Shown in pieces: positions 42,546 to 54,271 of a stretch of 64,000 nt of DNA. The stretch is taken from NCBI GenBank assembly GCA_009914755.4, contig CP086569.2, positions 3,040,001 through 3,104,000 of the forward strand, in the 5' to 3' direction. Position 1 is the stretch's first letter. Each line of letters opens with the position of its first letter. A program made the translations under genes and the position numbers. Below the pieces are notes generated by a model. The model was not told the DNA's origin, ran no database searches, and worked only from the letters and a program-made list of their open reading frames with translations. The stretch comes from the human T2T-CHM13v2.0 reference genome, Homo sapiens.

Positions 42546-44558
42546 TTCCCCCCTCTGGAGAAGTAAACCTAACTGCTGCTAGGGGGTGTTGGATGACAAT
42601 TCTTTCTGGCTATTTCCTGCTGAAAAGGGGTGTTGTGTGGGGGAACAGCATTTGGGCCTCCTACTGAGGTTGATCTAATGGTTCTCAGAAGAATGGTGTG
42701 TCCATGCGTGGTTTGGTTTGCAGCACCATTTGGAGTTTGATTGCTTCTTGGCAAAAAGAAATAAATTTTACAAGGAAATTTAAAATATACAGTTAGCATA
42801 TGAGTATTAAGATTACCACTATTAGTGTACTTAATGTATTATTAGGGTACTATAGACCATAACTATGACAGTAGAGTGTGATACCTGTTAGTTACACCAA
42901 TGTATTGTAATACCGGTTTTCCTCCACTAGATGGTGCTGTACATTAGCAGAAACTTTAATATAAAAGTAACATTTTCCTTGAGAAAAGCATACATTTCCC
43001 CCTTGACTTGCCATTAGAGAACAATTTTAGACTTAGGCTATTTTTTATAACTTGCAATATGATTATGAGAAATATGTTATTGGGTGGCTAAAATAACTTT
43101 AGCGTTAATCTTGACAGTTCTTTCCTTGAATTATTAAATTCTTTCATGACTTTCACAGACCCTCTTACAACATACTTAAACTTTCTTACTTGTCCTAAAC
43201 ATCTTTCCTTTAAACAACCAATCATTTCCTTTTAGGACAAGAATTTACCATACAAAATCTTTCCTTATATAAAATCTCTTTTTTTTATAACCTTTTCATA
43301 GCTTACAGTGCACCATATTACCAATCTTCAATAAAATGTCCTATCAAACTTAATGATAGTAAAACTTTCATGCTTACTTCTTATCCACAGCTATTATTCC
43401 TGCTGTGGATATTATTCCAAAGCAAAATAACTTTGGTTAATCTTTTCTGCAATTATTAATCTTGTTATAAGGATGATAATTAGGCAAAATATTACAGCAA
43501 TTAGAATTTTACTACCAGAATTCCACATTGTGTGGCCAGAGTGTATAGTTCTATTGCAAATAGTAGCGTGACTATAATAATTCCCACAAGAGTGGTGTAG
43601 TAAATAATTTCCATTTAAAACTTTACTTGCCAATATATAACATTTCCCTTTAGGGATCTGCAAAATTACAAATGCAATTCTATGAATAATTAAAATCTGC
43701 CTGCCAAAATGCGTTAAAAAGAAGTTATAATATTTGGTGGCAAATTTTGAGAGGAAAGGCCAGAAATAAGAAAAATTATCTGGTGAGGCAGTAGTGGGAC
43801 TGAGTAAGATGAGTGGTCCTCACTCAGTTACTTATCTTTTATGCTTTTCAGCTTAAGATCTTCTATTTCTCCCCATTGATATTCAGGACATTCCTCTGTG
43901 CTGTCAGGGATTGCTCCCCCAGCTCTTCAGGCCTTGACTTGAGTGCAATGTATTCAGGAGTTGATTCCTGTAACTTTACTGCCGAGGGGATTGAAAGAAG
44001 AACAGTGCAAGGCCCTTGCCAGCTTGACATAGGGAAGGAGGGATGTGAGATTTTCACTAATACCACATTTTCCGTTGCTATTTTATAGGACATCCAGTAG
44101 TGGTAAGAGAATGTCTTTTCTTTTAAATGGCAGCATGAGCACAGAAAGCTAAGAAAGCGTACTTGGAGTTAGTATAAATGTTAGCTATCTTTCCCTTGCT
44201 TAATTCAAGTGATTTGTAAGAGCTGGTAGTTCAGCTAATTGAGCACTTGTGTCTGAGATGAAATGTTATTTAGAGTGACTACTGCTTATCCTGCCTTATG
44301 TACTTCTTGCTTTACTGGCTGTTTGTTAGCTAAGAGCTCCCCCTAGAGGGCAGTGATCCTGCCACATATGTGGAGTGTAAACAGTTAAATTATTTCCTTG
44401 GGTTAATTTGGAGGCTTTTCTGACTCATGACAATGGCTTGGAAGCATGTGTAAACAATAGTTCTTCCTAACTGCAACTAAGGTTGAGAAAAATATTGGAT
44501 TAGAGTTTTTCCTGAGATACCCCTTACGGTCATGCTATGGAAAGAGGGGAGGCCTGGA

Positions 44559-44768
44559 TTAGGAGAAAAGAGAGAGACTGGCTCTAGTGTTTAGAAGGAG
44601 GTCTACTTTCCTTCCTTCAATTTCCAGAATCACCCGGGGTCCTGTGCTGTAATGGCAGTCTGAGTTGCTGGAGCCGGGGGTTTGAGCCCTGGGACCCATC
44701 ATTCCTGCTGGACCATCTGTGAGACTGGTTCTGAACCCAGGGACCTCTGTCTTTTGGGGCAGTTTCAT
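44559..44768 (-). pseudogene. retroviral protease remnant (pro), catalytic motif mutated
   Basis: Minus-strand ORF ...TGPRVILEIEGRKVDLLLNTRASLSLFS resembles the gammaretroviral / HERV-W protease block ..[27 protein letters not shown]. The catalytic DTGA reads NTRA, so it is inactive. Confidence 0.6.
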
Positions 44769-45040
44769 CTCTGGTGGTCTCTTCTAAAGGCTGGATAGGG
44801 TTGAGGTGGCTTCTACTTGCTGCCTGGGCATTCCTTCTTAAAATGCCCTGGCCTGCCACACCGATAGCAACTAACAGATGCAGCTAGAAGACTGTGGACT
44901 TTGCAAGCCTATAAAGCTACTACTAGAGCCTCTATCCTTTTCCTGACCTTTCTCTTTTTCTTCTGGGTCTCCTCCTGGTCCCTATTATAAAAGACCAAAG
45001 TGGCCACCTTCAGAAGGTTCTCTGGTCCTGTAGCTTGCTT

Positions 45041-45352
45041 CTATAGTTTCCTTCTAATATTGGGAGCTGCCTGTGTAATAAACTTGTCCTTGAGGATGAG
45101 CTGTCCCTTGACTGAATCAGGGGATAAAGAGGTGTGTTTTATTAGTGCCTCTCTCAGCCTTTCCATAAAGGCTGCAGGATTCTCTTCTGGCTTTTGGTTT
45201 ATCATAGTCAGTTTAGAGTAATTGAGAGGTCTGGCCTTAGTTCTTTGTAGGCCCTCTAAAATGCATGTTAAAAAGTGCTTCCTTTTCCATTCGTCTGCAG
45301 AGCTATTGGGGTCACAATCAAGTTTGTCAAGGGGGAACTGCTTTCCTTTCAA
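45041..45352 (-). pseudogene. gag capsid (CA) fragment including the major homology region, HERV-W / HERV-9-like
   Basis: Minus-strand ORF ...KHFLTCILEGLQRTKARPLNYSKLTMINQKPEENPAAFMERLREALIKHTSLSPDSVKGQLILKDKFITQAAPNIRRKL. This closely parallels HERV-W gag ...KHLLTCVLEGLRKTRKKPMNYSMMSTITQGKEESPTAFLERLREALRKHTSLSPDSIEGQLILKDKFITQSAADIRKKL as I recall it. Confidence 0.85.
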
Positions 45353-45604
45353 TTGAGAATGGTGTTTCTGCTATTTCTTCACTCTCCCTTTCTTCTTACT
45401 TATCTTTTGGTTTGTTATAGGGGATATATTGCTCATCTCCAAAATTATCTGCTATTTGCAGAGCTGCCTACTTTCCAGCTGCAGTGAGGGTTTGGTTTGG
45501 GAGCAGCATAACATCTTTCCATGTGAGGTGAAATACCTGAGTTGAATTGTGAAAAGTTTCTATATACCTATCAGGGTCATCAGAAAATCAGCCTAAGTTT
45601 CCCT

Positions 45605-45796
45605 TTATTTGCCTAGGGTCCTATTTGAGAAGGGAACTTGAACCCTCATTGCAACATTTCCATCAGGCATTTCCTGTAGAGGTAAGGGTGAAGTGGGGAA
45701 AGTGGGTAATAACGGAGGATGGTGGAGCTGGAGGAACTGATGGTACGATTGGATGGGGTTCTGAATGAGGGTAACTGGAAGGGTTGGGACATTCAA
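45605..45796 (-). pseudogene. gag internal fragment (p12 / N-terminal CA region)
   Basis: Minus ORF ...PLQEMPDGNVAMRVQVPFSNRTLGK weakly resembles HERV-W gag ...PLQAVRGGEFGPARVPVPFSLSDLKQIK. Position between the MA-like and CA fragments is consistent. Confidence 0.4.
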
Positions 45797-46509
45797 TAGC
45801 TGTCTCAGATTGCTCCTATAAAATCTGCTTCAGCTCTGGGAAACTATTCCCTGTGGGCTTGCCTGCTATGGCTGCTAAAAGAACTGGGTTGCTCTTACAA
45901 TGCTTCCAAAGGTTTGGTAAAAATGCCATGCCCATGTGCAAAAGAAAATGAGTTGGTTTTCTCTTCAATGTCCTGAGGTCAAAGAAGTTCCAGTGTTTCA
46001 GGGTGCACTCCAGAGGGGTACAAGCTGAAGATAATCTGTTACCCGTCTAGAAAGAGAAGCAAGAATAAAAGCATCCTTTTAGACTCCTTCCTTTCTGTGT
46101 AACCCAAGGTGGAGAAGAAGACAGTGGAAGTGTCCTCCCGACTGTTTTCCCTCCCTGGTTCCTGGGTCCCGGCAGCCTGTTAAATGTGCCGCCCATGGTT
46201 GTAAGCAGGACCCTCCAAACCATAGAACTGGATGAACTAAGTGATGGGACTCACCACGCTTTACCCGTGCAACCTTAGCTTATCTGTCCTGTGTGATTCC
46301 CCTTTGACTTACTAAACCTATGTGATCTGCCTGGTTCTCCCAAAAAATGGATCTTGGGAAAGACTACATAAAAGACAAGCCTCCTTTAACGGAGGGAATT
46401 TGCTAGATTGCCTGCTATTATGGCCCGTTCTAAAGAATTTACCCTTAGAAAAATGGTTCTGGCTAACTTCTGTACTTAAAATCCCCTTACTAATTAAGTA
46501 CTATCTTAA

Positions 46510-46797
46510 TCAGAGAGAGAATAGGTGCCTTAAAGGGACACTGGGACCTAATGACGACTTTCCTGCTGATGGGACAGTGTTGGGACTAAAATTTGGCTGC
46601 AGAGGACGTTTTATTCCTAATAGTTGAAAGCAGAAGTTTCCTTGTTCACAGAAGCAGCATAAAACCTGGTTTCTGGTAGAAAGGCATAAAAAGGAAAAAT
46701 TGGAAGGCTGCAATGTACCGCAGAAAACCAGCACATGAGTCTTATGAAGAGGATTTCTATTTTTCATGAGGTGGTGATGTTGGCTTAGAAATACCAT
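46510..46797 (-). pseudogene. possible gag matrix (MA) fragment
   Basis: Minus ORF contains ...VLVFCGTLQPSNFSF.CLSTRNQVLCCFCEQG, which weakly resembles HERV-W gag ...FIFFCSTAWPQYPL... and ...SLRDNSQLCKKCGLC. Placement directly 5' of the CA fragment on the minus strand is consistent. Confidence 0.35.
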
Positions 46798-47482
46798 GTA
46801 ATCACAAGCTGACTATTAGCCTATTAGCGAGTGGCCACACTGTGGGGGAAACGGGAGGTCTCTGTTCCTACAAGATTGCAACAGCATTTGCCTAAGCTAT
46901 ATCCCTGGTTACTACAGAATTTCCTGATCTTGACTAACAGGATTACTTCCCTAGACTGTAAAAATTCCCACATATTCGACACACAGAGAGAGTAAGAGAC
47001 TGTGGATAGAAAAAGAAGGAAAGTTTTGTGACAAGATAGCTGGGAATTCTTAACCAACACCCGGAGCAGACTGACTGAGGCTGGGTGCAGTACAGAAGCC
47101 TTTGAATAGCACCAGGGTATGCCCTGGCCAGCAATTCAGTTGCTTCAGTACTTTTCCAAGCCTCATGTAATGGCTAAGTTTCCCCAGGAAAAGAAACTGA
47201 GTCAAAACATGGCCAACATTCCCAATGACCCATGAGTAATGGAGGGTTCTCCATGTTCTCACTAGCAAACCTGACATCCAAGTCTTTATAACTGCAGCCA
47301 CGATAAGCGTATTTTTAAGCAGTTGACGGATTCCCATTAATTGATTTGATTTTGATTTTAAACTAGAAGCCAAGAGTGCCTCAGAATGATAGAACAGATT
47401 TTTAAGGTCCCTTCTATACTCACCACTCCAGTGAATGTCGTACCTTGGATTCCAGCCAATGCACCAAAATAATACGACTCTA

Positions 47483-48075
47483 ATGACTGGAGAAACACCA
47501 GGGTCCTTTGTCTCACACCGCTAAGAATAATGAAATGACATACATGGAGTGATTTTTAAGGAGCGGAAAGTTTAATAGGCAAGAACAAAGAAAGAAAGAA
47601 GAAAAACAGCTCCCCCATACAGAGGGATAGAGGCTCTGAATGGATACACCCTGCGTGTGGTGGAAAGCAGTCGGTTATATTGGGAGGCTGGAGGAGGCGA
47701 TGTTGATTTACATAGGGCCCAGGGGATTGGTTTGAACCCGTGTGTCATTCACATAGCCCATGAAAAAATTGGCCCTCCCACCCTAGCCTTTTAATATGCA
47801 GATGTGGGTTGCCATGATGTCTTGCACACGTGGTGTCATCTGGGGGTGGCCATGACACCTGGCACACATGGTGACAAGAGAAGAGGGCGAGAACCACCAT
47901 GTTGGGTGGAACTGGTTTCTAGCTGCTGGCATTTGCATATCAATGCTTGCTGTTCTGGTTTTTCAAGCCACTTTCTGTTAGAAAGGAAATGGTTCAAGGC
48001 TTGCTTTTTATTAAAGGAAAATTCCACCAAGAACCACCCTTCCTAGCTGCATAAAAGTTATTTCTTAATAACTCC
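47483..48075 (-). mobile_element. 5' LTR of the provirus (short form)
   Basis: Homologous to the 3' LTR copy (about 85-90 percent identity by eye). Outer end homology continues to ~48075 (atttcttaa(ta)actcc). Inner end ...ccagtca on the minus strand. The inner boundary is followed, on the minus strand, by a degenerate tgg-initiated primer-binding-site-like stretch (tggtgcattggctggaatcc), about 17 nt further in than is typical. Confidence 0.7.
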
Positions 48076-48550
48076 TTTATTATTATTATGAAGGAGACAT
48101 ATTTATTTAGTAGTAAGATATTAGGAGAGGGGAATCATTCTATAGTCCTACGATTTTGTGTCAGTTTTTTAGTGACCCTGTGTCCCTGGGCTGTGACCTT
48201 CCAAATTGGTTCTAAGTTTTGTTTTGTCATTTAGGTAAGACAGCATGATGAAAGGGGGCTGAAAATGGGTATTTATCTTCCCCTACAGAGAATACTAGAG
48301 AGTGGCTGGAGTGTATATTTCTTCTTTCAGGTCAGTTAGGCTCTGGTAAAACTGCAGTTAGTCAACCTCTTGTAAATAGTTTCTCTTGATAGCCAGCATT
48401 TCTAAGAAGAACAGAATGCTCTGATTATATTTTTAAATGATTAATTTTTTTTCTGTCTACCAGAAGCATGAGGAGAATTTTCTAGGCTCTTCACTGTGAG
48501 AACTTGGTACAGCTCCTGGAGGTAAACTCACAAAACTGTAGATATTGCAC

Positions 48551-48932
<382 letters not shown>

Positions 48933-50237
48933 TTAACATTCAGGTTGTTCTATTTGGTACTGGTTCCTATGGAGTTTTCTGCTCCAGGGCTGCTTCTTTG
49001 GTAGCTGTGATTGTCTATATCAGCATGTCTGTTTCTTCCATTTGGGGAGCAATGGTTTCTACTATGATATCAATACTCTGATGAATTGAAGAAAATTTGT
49101 TGATTTCTAGTTAGTTCCACTTATTTTTGTTTTTATTTGTAAGGATGGGAGTGATTACTTCTAAGCTTTTTGCATGCCAGACCTGAAAGTGCTATTTAAT
49201 TTTTATATTATATATCTGCATATTTTTGTCATTGCCTTCTACCTATGTTTCAAATATGTTTTTACTGAGTATCTTTTATAGTTGAAATTTTATCCAGTAA
49301 TAGTAATTTCACACATAATCACATACAACTTAAGAAAAAATACACAGTATGCCATGTACATATTTACCCATCAATGGTGATATTCTGCAAAATAATAATG
49401 CAATATCACAATATCACAACATCACAATATCAAAGAACCAGCTTTTTGTTTCATTTGTTCTCTATTGTTTTCCTGCTTCCAATTTCATTGGTTTCTGGTA
49501 AGATTTTTATTACACTTATATATGCCTGCTGTAGATTTATTTTACTCTTTATTTCTAGAATTTTGAGACAGTAACTTAGATTATTGATTTGAGACATATC
49601 TAGTTTTCTAATGTAAACAGTTTTGTAGTGTTTTTATGGTGATTGCTCTAGGTATTATAGTACACCTATGTGACTTATCACAACCTACGGGGAGCAACAT
49701 TTTGACACTGAGCAAAGCAGAAGAATCTTACTTCCATTAAGGTCTATTCACTTTCTCCATTTAAAATATCATAGTCTTGAGTATCAAATGGTCTTTTTTC
49801 AATTATCAAATATAATTTATAAAATTCATAACAAAATGAATACTTTTTTTGGTACCCCTATTTCTGCTATTTCTTTTGTGTTTCTTGTTCTGGTCTTCTG
49901 CTTGAAGATTGCTTCTTTTATTATTTCCTTCCCGTTAGAATAAATTTTTGTGAATGTTATTTATAGATAAGTATGTTAGCAACAAATTATTTTTATTTCA
50001 TTTGACAATGTCTTTATTTCCACTTCATGCTTGGAGGATAATTTGCCAAATATGACATTTGTGATTGATAGTGAATTTCTTTCAGCCCTTTAAATTGTTG
50101 TGCCTTTTCCTTTTGCCCTCAATTATCCAGTGTCATTTGACTTAGTGTTCCCCTGTAGTTTCCATGTCATTTCCTTCTGTCTGCGCCCAAGGTGTTTTCT
50201 TGGCTTTTAGTTTTGAGTAATTTAATTAAAATGTGTC

Positions 50238-50299
50238 TTGGCATAAAGTTCTTTGGGTTTATTTATACTTGGCATAAAGTTCTTTCGGTTTATTTATAC
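50238..50299. repeat. 2-copy tandem duplication, period 31 bp, 1 mismatch
   Basis: ttggcataaagttctttgggtttatttatac / ttggcataaagttctttcggtttatttatac. Confidence 0.8.
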
Positions 50300-50689
50300 T
50301 ATTTCAGATTCACTCAAATTCTTAATTAGGTACATTTATGTCTTTCATCAAACTTGGGTAGTTTTCAAGCATCATTTTTTTGAATTATCTTTGAGCTCCA
50401 CTCTCTTACTCCTGTCTTTTGTGGACTTTGATTATATGAACACTACATCATCTGGTATTGTCCCATGTGAATTCGGGGCTCTGCTAATATTTTAAATCTA
50501 TTTCCACTATTGTGCAGATTGACTTAATTTTATTGATCTGTCTACAAGTTGACAGATCCTACCATCTGTCTTCTCCAGTTTACCAGTTATCTTCAGTTTT
50601 ATTTTATTCTATCTGTCAAATAATTGTATATATTTATGGGGTACAATGTGGTGAAAAAACAACTAATATAATGAATAAAAAACCTCACA

Positions 50690-50960
50690 GATTTGGAGAA
50701 AACATTAGGAAATCATACATCAGGTAAGGAGCTAATATCCAAAATATATAGAGACTCAAACTACTCAATAACAAGAAAAAAAGCTGTATTTAAAAATGAG
50801 CAAAAGACCTGAATAGACATGTCTCAAAAGAAGACATACAAATGGCCAACAGATGTATGAAAAATTGCTCAACATCAGTAATTATCAGGGAAATGTAAAT
50901 TAAAATTGTTATGGAATATTACCTCACACGTGTCAGATTTGTTACGACCATAAAAAATTC
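50690..50960 (+). mobile_element. old L1 (L1M-like) ORF2 C-terminal fragment
   Basis: aagaagacatacaaatggccaacagatgtatgaaaaattgctcaacatcagtaattatcagggaaatgtaaattaaaattgttatggaatattacctcacac. The translated L1 ORF2 block reads ...[32 protein letters not shown].... Confidence 0.6.
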
Positions 50961-51435
50961 ACCAAGTTTTTTTTCTTTAACTTACTGCAATATACCTCTA
51001 TAATTTTAATTTGGTTATTTTTTATATTCATATGAAAAGTATTTATATTTATACGTGCTTATTAAGGCACTTTTAAGATAGCTGCTTTACAATTCTTGTC
51101 AGATATTTCTCAAATCTAATTTATCTCAGTGTTGGCGTCAGTTTCATTTATTTTCTTGCTTCTTGATTTAATGTTTGATCCTTTTGTTGTGTCCTGGACA
51201 TTTTGTCTATTATGTTGGGAGACTATGTCCTATTTAAATCTTTTATTTTAGCAAGAATTCACTCTGTCTAAATTTCATATGTATGTTCCATATTACTTTT
51301 GTCAGCAGTGATTTAATCGATGATTTGATTTTCAGAGTCATTGTGGTGTTATTTGAGGCTAGATGGCTTATATGGTGCTACTATGGCTGCTACTGGTTAT
51401 TGCTGGTACTGACTAAGGGTACAGAAGGGATTTCC

Positions 51436-51900
51436 CTAGGCTGAGTTACTGGATGTCTCTCCAGGAGTCAGGGAGTCACAGGCAAATATGTAATGTAAAG
51501 AAGCTTTCCTTGCCAGGTACTTGTTGTGACAGAGCCTCTTCTGAATGTGAGAAATGGAAATTGCTTTTTGACCAGGGTATTTGTTGTGCAGGGATTCCTA
51601 TGGGCAGAAAAGGGAACTCTCAGAGACACTGGGATAAACAGGCTTAGAGGCAACCCTGGATGAACCATTATTTTGGCTGGGTTACTGGTGGTCTCTGGCC
51701 ATTCAGTGCTTCCCATTGAGTGAAGGCAAAAGACTATGAGGACTGTGGGTACAAAGAGGCTTCCTGAAACAGGTAGCACATTGTGGTCAGATATCTCTTG
51801 CCAGTTCTGCCTGCTCATTTCAGTATCTCTCATGGGTGAGGGGAGTGTCAGGATCAACAGTGAAAGAGAACACTTTCGCTGGCCTCCTCTTGTTACCAGA
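51436..51900. repeat. degenerate tandemly repeated segment, unit roughly 110 bp, 3-4 diverged copies
   Basis: Recurring blocks ggctgagttactggatgtctctccagg / ggctgggttactggtggtctctggcc and gggcagaaaagggaactctcagagacactgggataaacaggcttagaggc / gtgaaggcaaaagactatgaggactgtgggtacaaagaggcttcctg. It underlies the 129 aa minus ORF 51468-51857. Confidence 0.3.
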
Positions 51901-52772
51901 GCTCAAAATAATTCCTCTTGTCAGGCTTTCCTGACATCATAGGTCTCTCTTTTATTCTAGGAGAGGAATAAGACTACCTGTGATGGCAACTGCTGCTGTG
52001 TTGGAAATCAGGAAATGCTGGGCTTGGGATGCTTCTTTCTGTTAAGTGGGAGGATATAAGGAACCCTGCAGTTTTCCACCTTCTTGCTATTATTCAGAGC
52101 TCTCCTCTTACGTGTTTCTAGATGTATCATGTGTTATTTTTACAGTTGTGCTTAGATGGAGGATTGCAGAGAAGCATATCTCTGCCAAATTATTTTATTT
52201 TAGAACAGTTTAACATTTACAGAATAATTATGAATACAGTATAGAAAGTTCCTATATACCTCACACCCAATTTCTTCTATTATTAACATAATATGTAGGA
52301 TTGTACATTTGTCAATACTGATAAATTATTAATTAGTCAATACTGATAAATTATTATTAATTAGACTCTATATTTTATTTGTATTTCCTCACTCATGCAT
52401 TTTCTCATTTGCCCTTTCTGGTTCCAAGATCCTATCTAGGATGCTACATTACATTTAGTAGTTATGCATGTCTCCTTAGATTCCTTTGGTTGTGGCAATG
52501 TTTCAGACTTATCTTTTTTTTTTGTTATGGCTTTCATCATTGTGAGGATAGGCAGGTACTGCGTAGCATGTTCCTCAGTTGAAGATTGTCTGATGTTTTC
52601 CTTGTGATCTTACTGAAGTAATACCTTTTTGCTACCATGGTGTTAAAGCACTATTCTTATCACATCACATTTACATACTATTGATACGAGAGGAGGGCAG
52701 AGAAGTGCTGGGCAAAGAAGTGTACGGTCCCTTGCAAGGGCTCCACCCTCAGGCCTGTGCCTACGAACCTAA

Positions 52773-53330
52773 GTGAGAACAGGCACTCCTGTTTTTGCAC
52801 CCAAATGCTGCATTTTCCAAGACCACTCTGGTCTGCACACTCCCCATCCTGTGCCCATAAAAAACCGAGACCTTTGCAGGCAAATACAAGCAGCTGGACA
52901 TCTATCTAGAGGAGCAGAGGAACACACAAGCAGACACCAGCAGACCAGTGACGGTGGGACAACACAGACACGGAGGGACTTTCGGCTCGGGGCAGTCAGA
53001 GAACAGTCTGGCCTCTGGGCAGCCCAGCTCCAGGAGAAGACCGCCTTCTCACAACATCCCCCTTCCAGCTTATCATCCACCTCACTGAGAGCCACCTCCA
53101 CACTCAATAAAACAATAAAACCTTGCACTCATCCTCCAAGCCCATCTGTGTTTCTATTTTTCTGGTACACAAGCAAGAGCTCAGAATACACAAAGCCCTC
53201 TGCCCTTGCAATAAGGCAGAGGGTCTAATTGAGCTGACTCACACAAGCCGTCTGAAAATGGCAAAGCTGAAAGAGCACACTGTAACACACACCCACTTCG
53301 GCTTCGGGAGTCATAAACACTCATCCTAGA
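52773..53330 (+). mobile_element. candidate solo LTR of an unidentified class-I ERV family
   Basis: Starts tgagaacaggcactcc. TATA-like cccataaaaaaccgag at ~52855. Classic LTR R-region signature cactcaataaaacaataaaaccttgcactcatcctccaagcccatctgtgtttc at ~53100, with the AATAAA poly-A signal followed by CCTTGC, as in many HERV LTRs. Ends and family were not determined. Confidence 0.35.
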
Positions 53331-54271
53331 CACTGCCATGGGGTCGGAACCCAAAAGCGCTCCCCAAGACCTCTACACCCACCCGTCTGCATGTTCCCCC
53401 TAGGGGTTTGAGCAGCAGGGCACTGAAGAAGTGAGCCACATCTCTGTTGCGTGCCCAGGGAAGGGGATAAGGGAACTCTCCCATATCATTATCAGTATGA
53501 CTTGTCATATTTAATATTAACCTGAATCTCCTGGATTGTGTTAGTGTTTTTCAGGTCTCTCCACTGCAAAGTTACTTTTTTTTCTCTTACTCTCTATCTT
53601 CATACTGTACTCTTTAGAAGAAAGTTGCTATGCATGAAATATCTACCTAAATTATTGGAAATTCTACTTGGAATATATGTGTGTTCTTCCCAAAATATTT
53701 ATTTATTTAATCACTGGTTTACATAACTATGGACTGATGAATACCTATTTCATACTTTCAGTTATAACCAAATACAACTTTATTGATTTTGTTGCTTAAA
53801 TTGTTCCAGCTTTAGCCATTTAGAGCTTTTTCAGTTGTTTCCTGTTTCCTTTAGACATACCCTCCATGAGTTGTGTTTGTGTGTACGTGTGTATTTGTGT
53901 AAGGTATAAGGTTGGCGTGCATGTTTATGTTTTTCTTTCATATGGGTGTACAATTCTTCCAGCCTCCATTGTTTAAAAAACTATCCTTACTCCATTGAAT
54001 TGCCTTTGGTTTTTATCAAAGATCAATTGACTATGTTTTTGTGGGTCTGTATATGGGATGCCTATACTTTTTTATTGATCTATTTTCCTATTCTTTTGTC
54101 AATACAGTGTAGCCTTAGAGTAGGTCTTGAAATTAAGTGGCGTAAGTCTTCCAACTTAGTTCTTCTTCAGTATTGTGTTGGATATTCTAGATTGTTTCCA
54201 TTTTTATACAAACTTTGCAATTACTATGTCAATATTTACACACCAGTTTGCTGTAATTTCGATTAGGATTT

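Larger units (their letters stand above)
41336..48075 (-). mobile_element. class-I (gamma-like) endogenous retrovirus remnant, HERV-W / HERV-9-related by gag similarity: 5' LTR - leader - gag - pro - (pol/env largely missing) - 3' LTR, all on the minus strand
   Basis: Two homologous LTR copies in the same orientation: 41336-42545 (minus the extra block) and 47483-48075, sharing for example ggaaagcagt.ggttata.tg.gag.ctgga(a/g)gaggc..tgtt(t)gatttacatagggcccaggggattggtttga.c and aagccactttctgttagaaaggaaat.gttc..aggttgctttttattaaag.aaaattccac. Between them, minus-strand ORFs translate to retroviral gag capsid and protease. Read on the minus strand, the LTR shows ...tgtatggg(g)gagctgtttttc...ctattaaactttc (TATA / poly-A-signal-like R region). 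Confidence 0.8.

Noticed and set aside
43412-43663. Minus-strand ORF with a C-terminal hydrophobic stretch, considered as an env TM membrane-anchor remnant
   Set aside because: No immunosuppressive-domain, CX6CC or furin-site motifs are nearby, and the sequence is very AT-rich. The similarity to env is too weak to call, so it is kept only as a speculative note in the findings.
46322-46627. 101 aa plus-strand ORF inside the provirus leader/gag region
   Set aside because: The provirus genes are on the minus strand. The overlapping minus-strand frame carries the weak gag matrix-like similarity, so the plus ORF is most likely antisense noise.
51468-51857. 129 aa minus-strand ORF
   Set aside because: It sits on a degenerate tandem-repeat segment with no protein-like features and is most likely spurious.
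52773-53228. 151 aa plus-strand ORF, the longest in the window, overlapping a 119 aa minus-strand ORF at 52769-53128
   Set aside because: Two long overlapping ORFs on opposite strands in a locally GC-richer LTR-like segment indicate compositional artefact. There are no recognisable domains or start context, and the region carries LTR signals instead (see 52773-53330).
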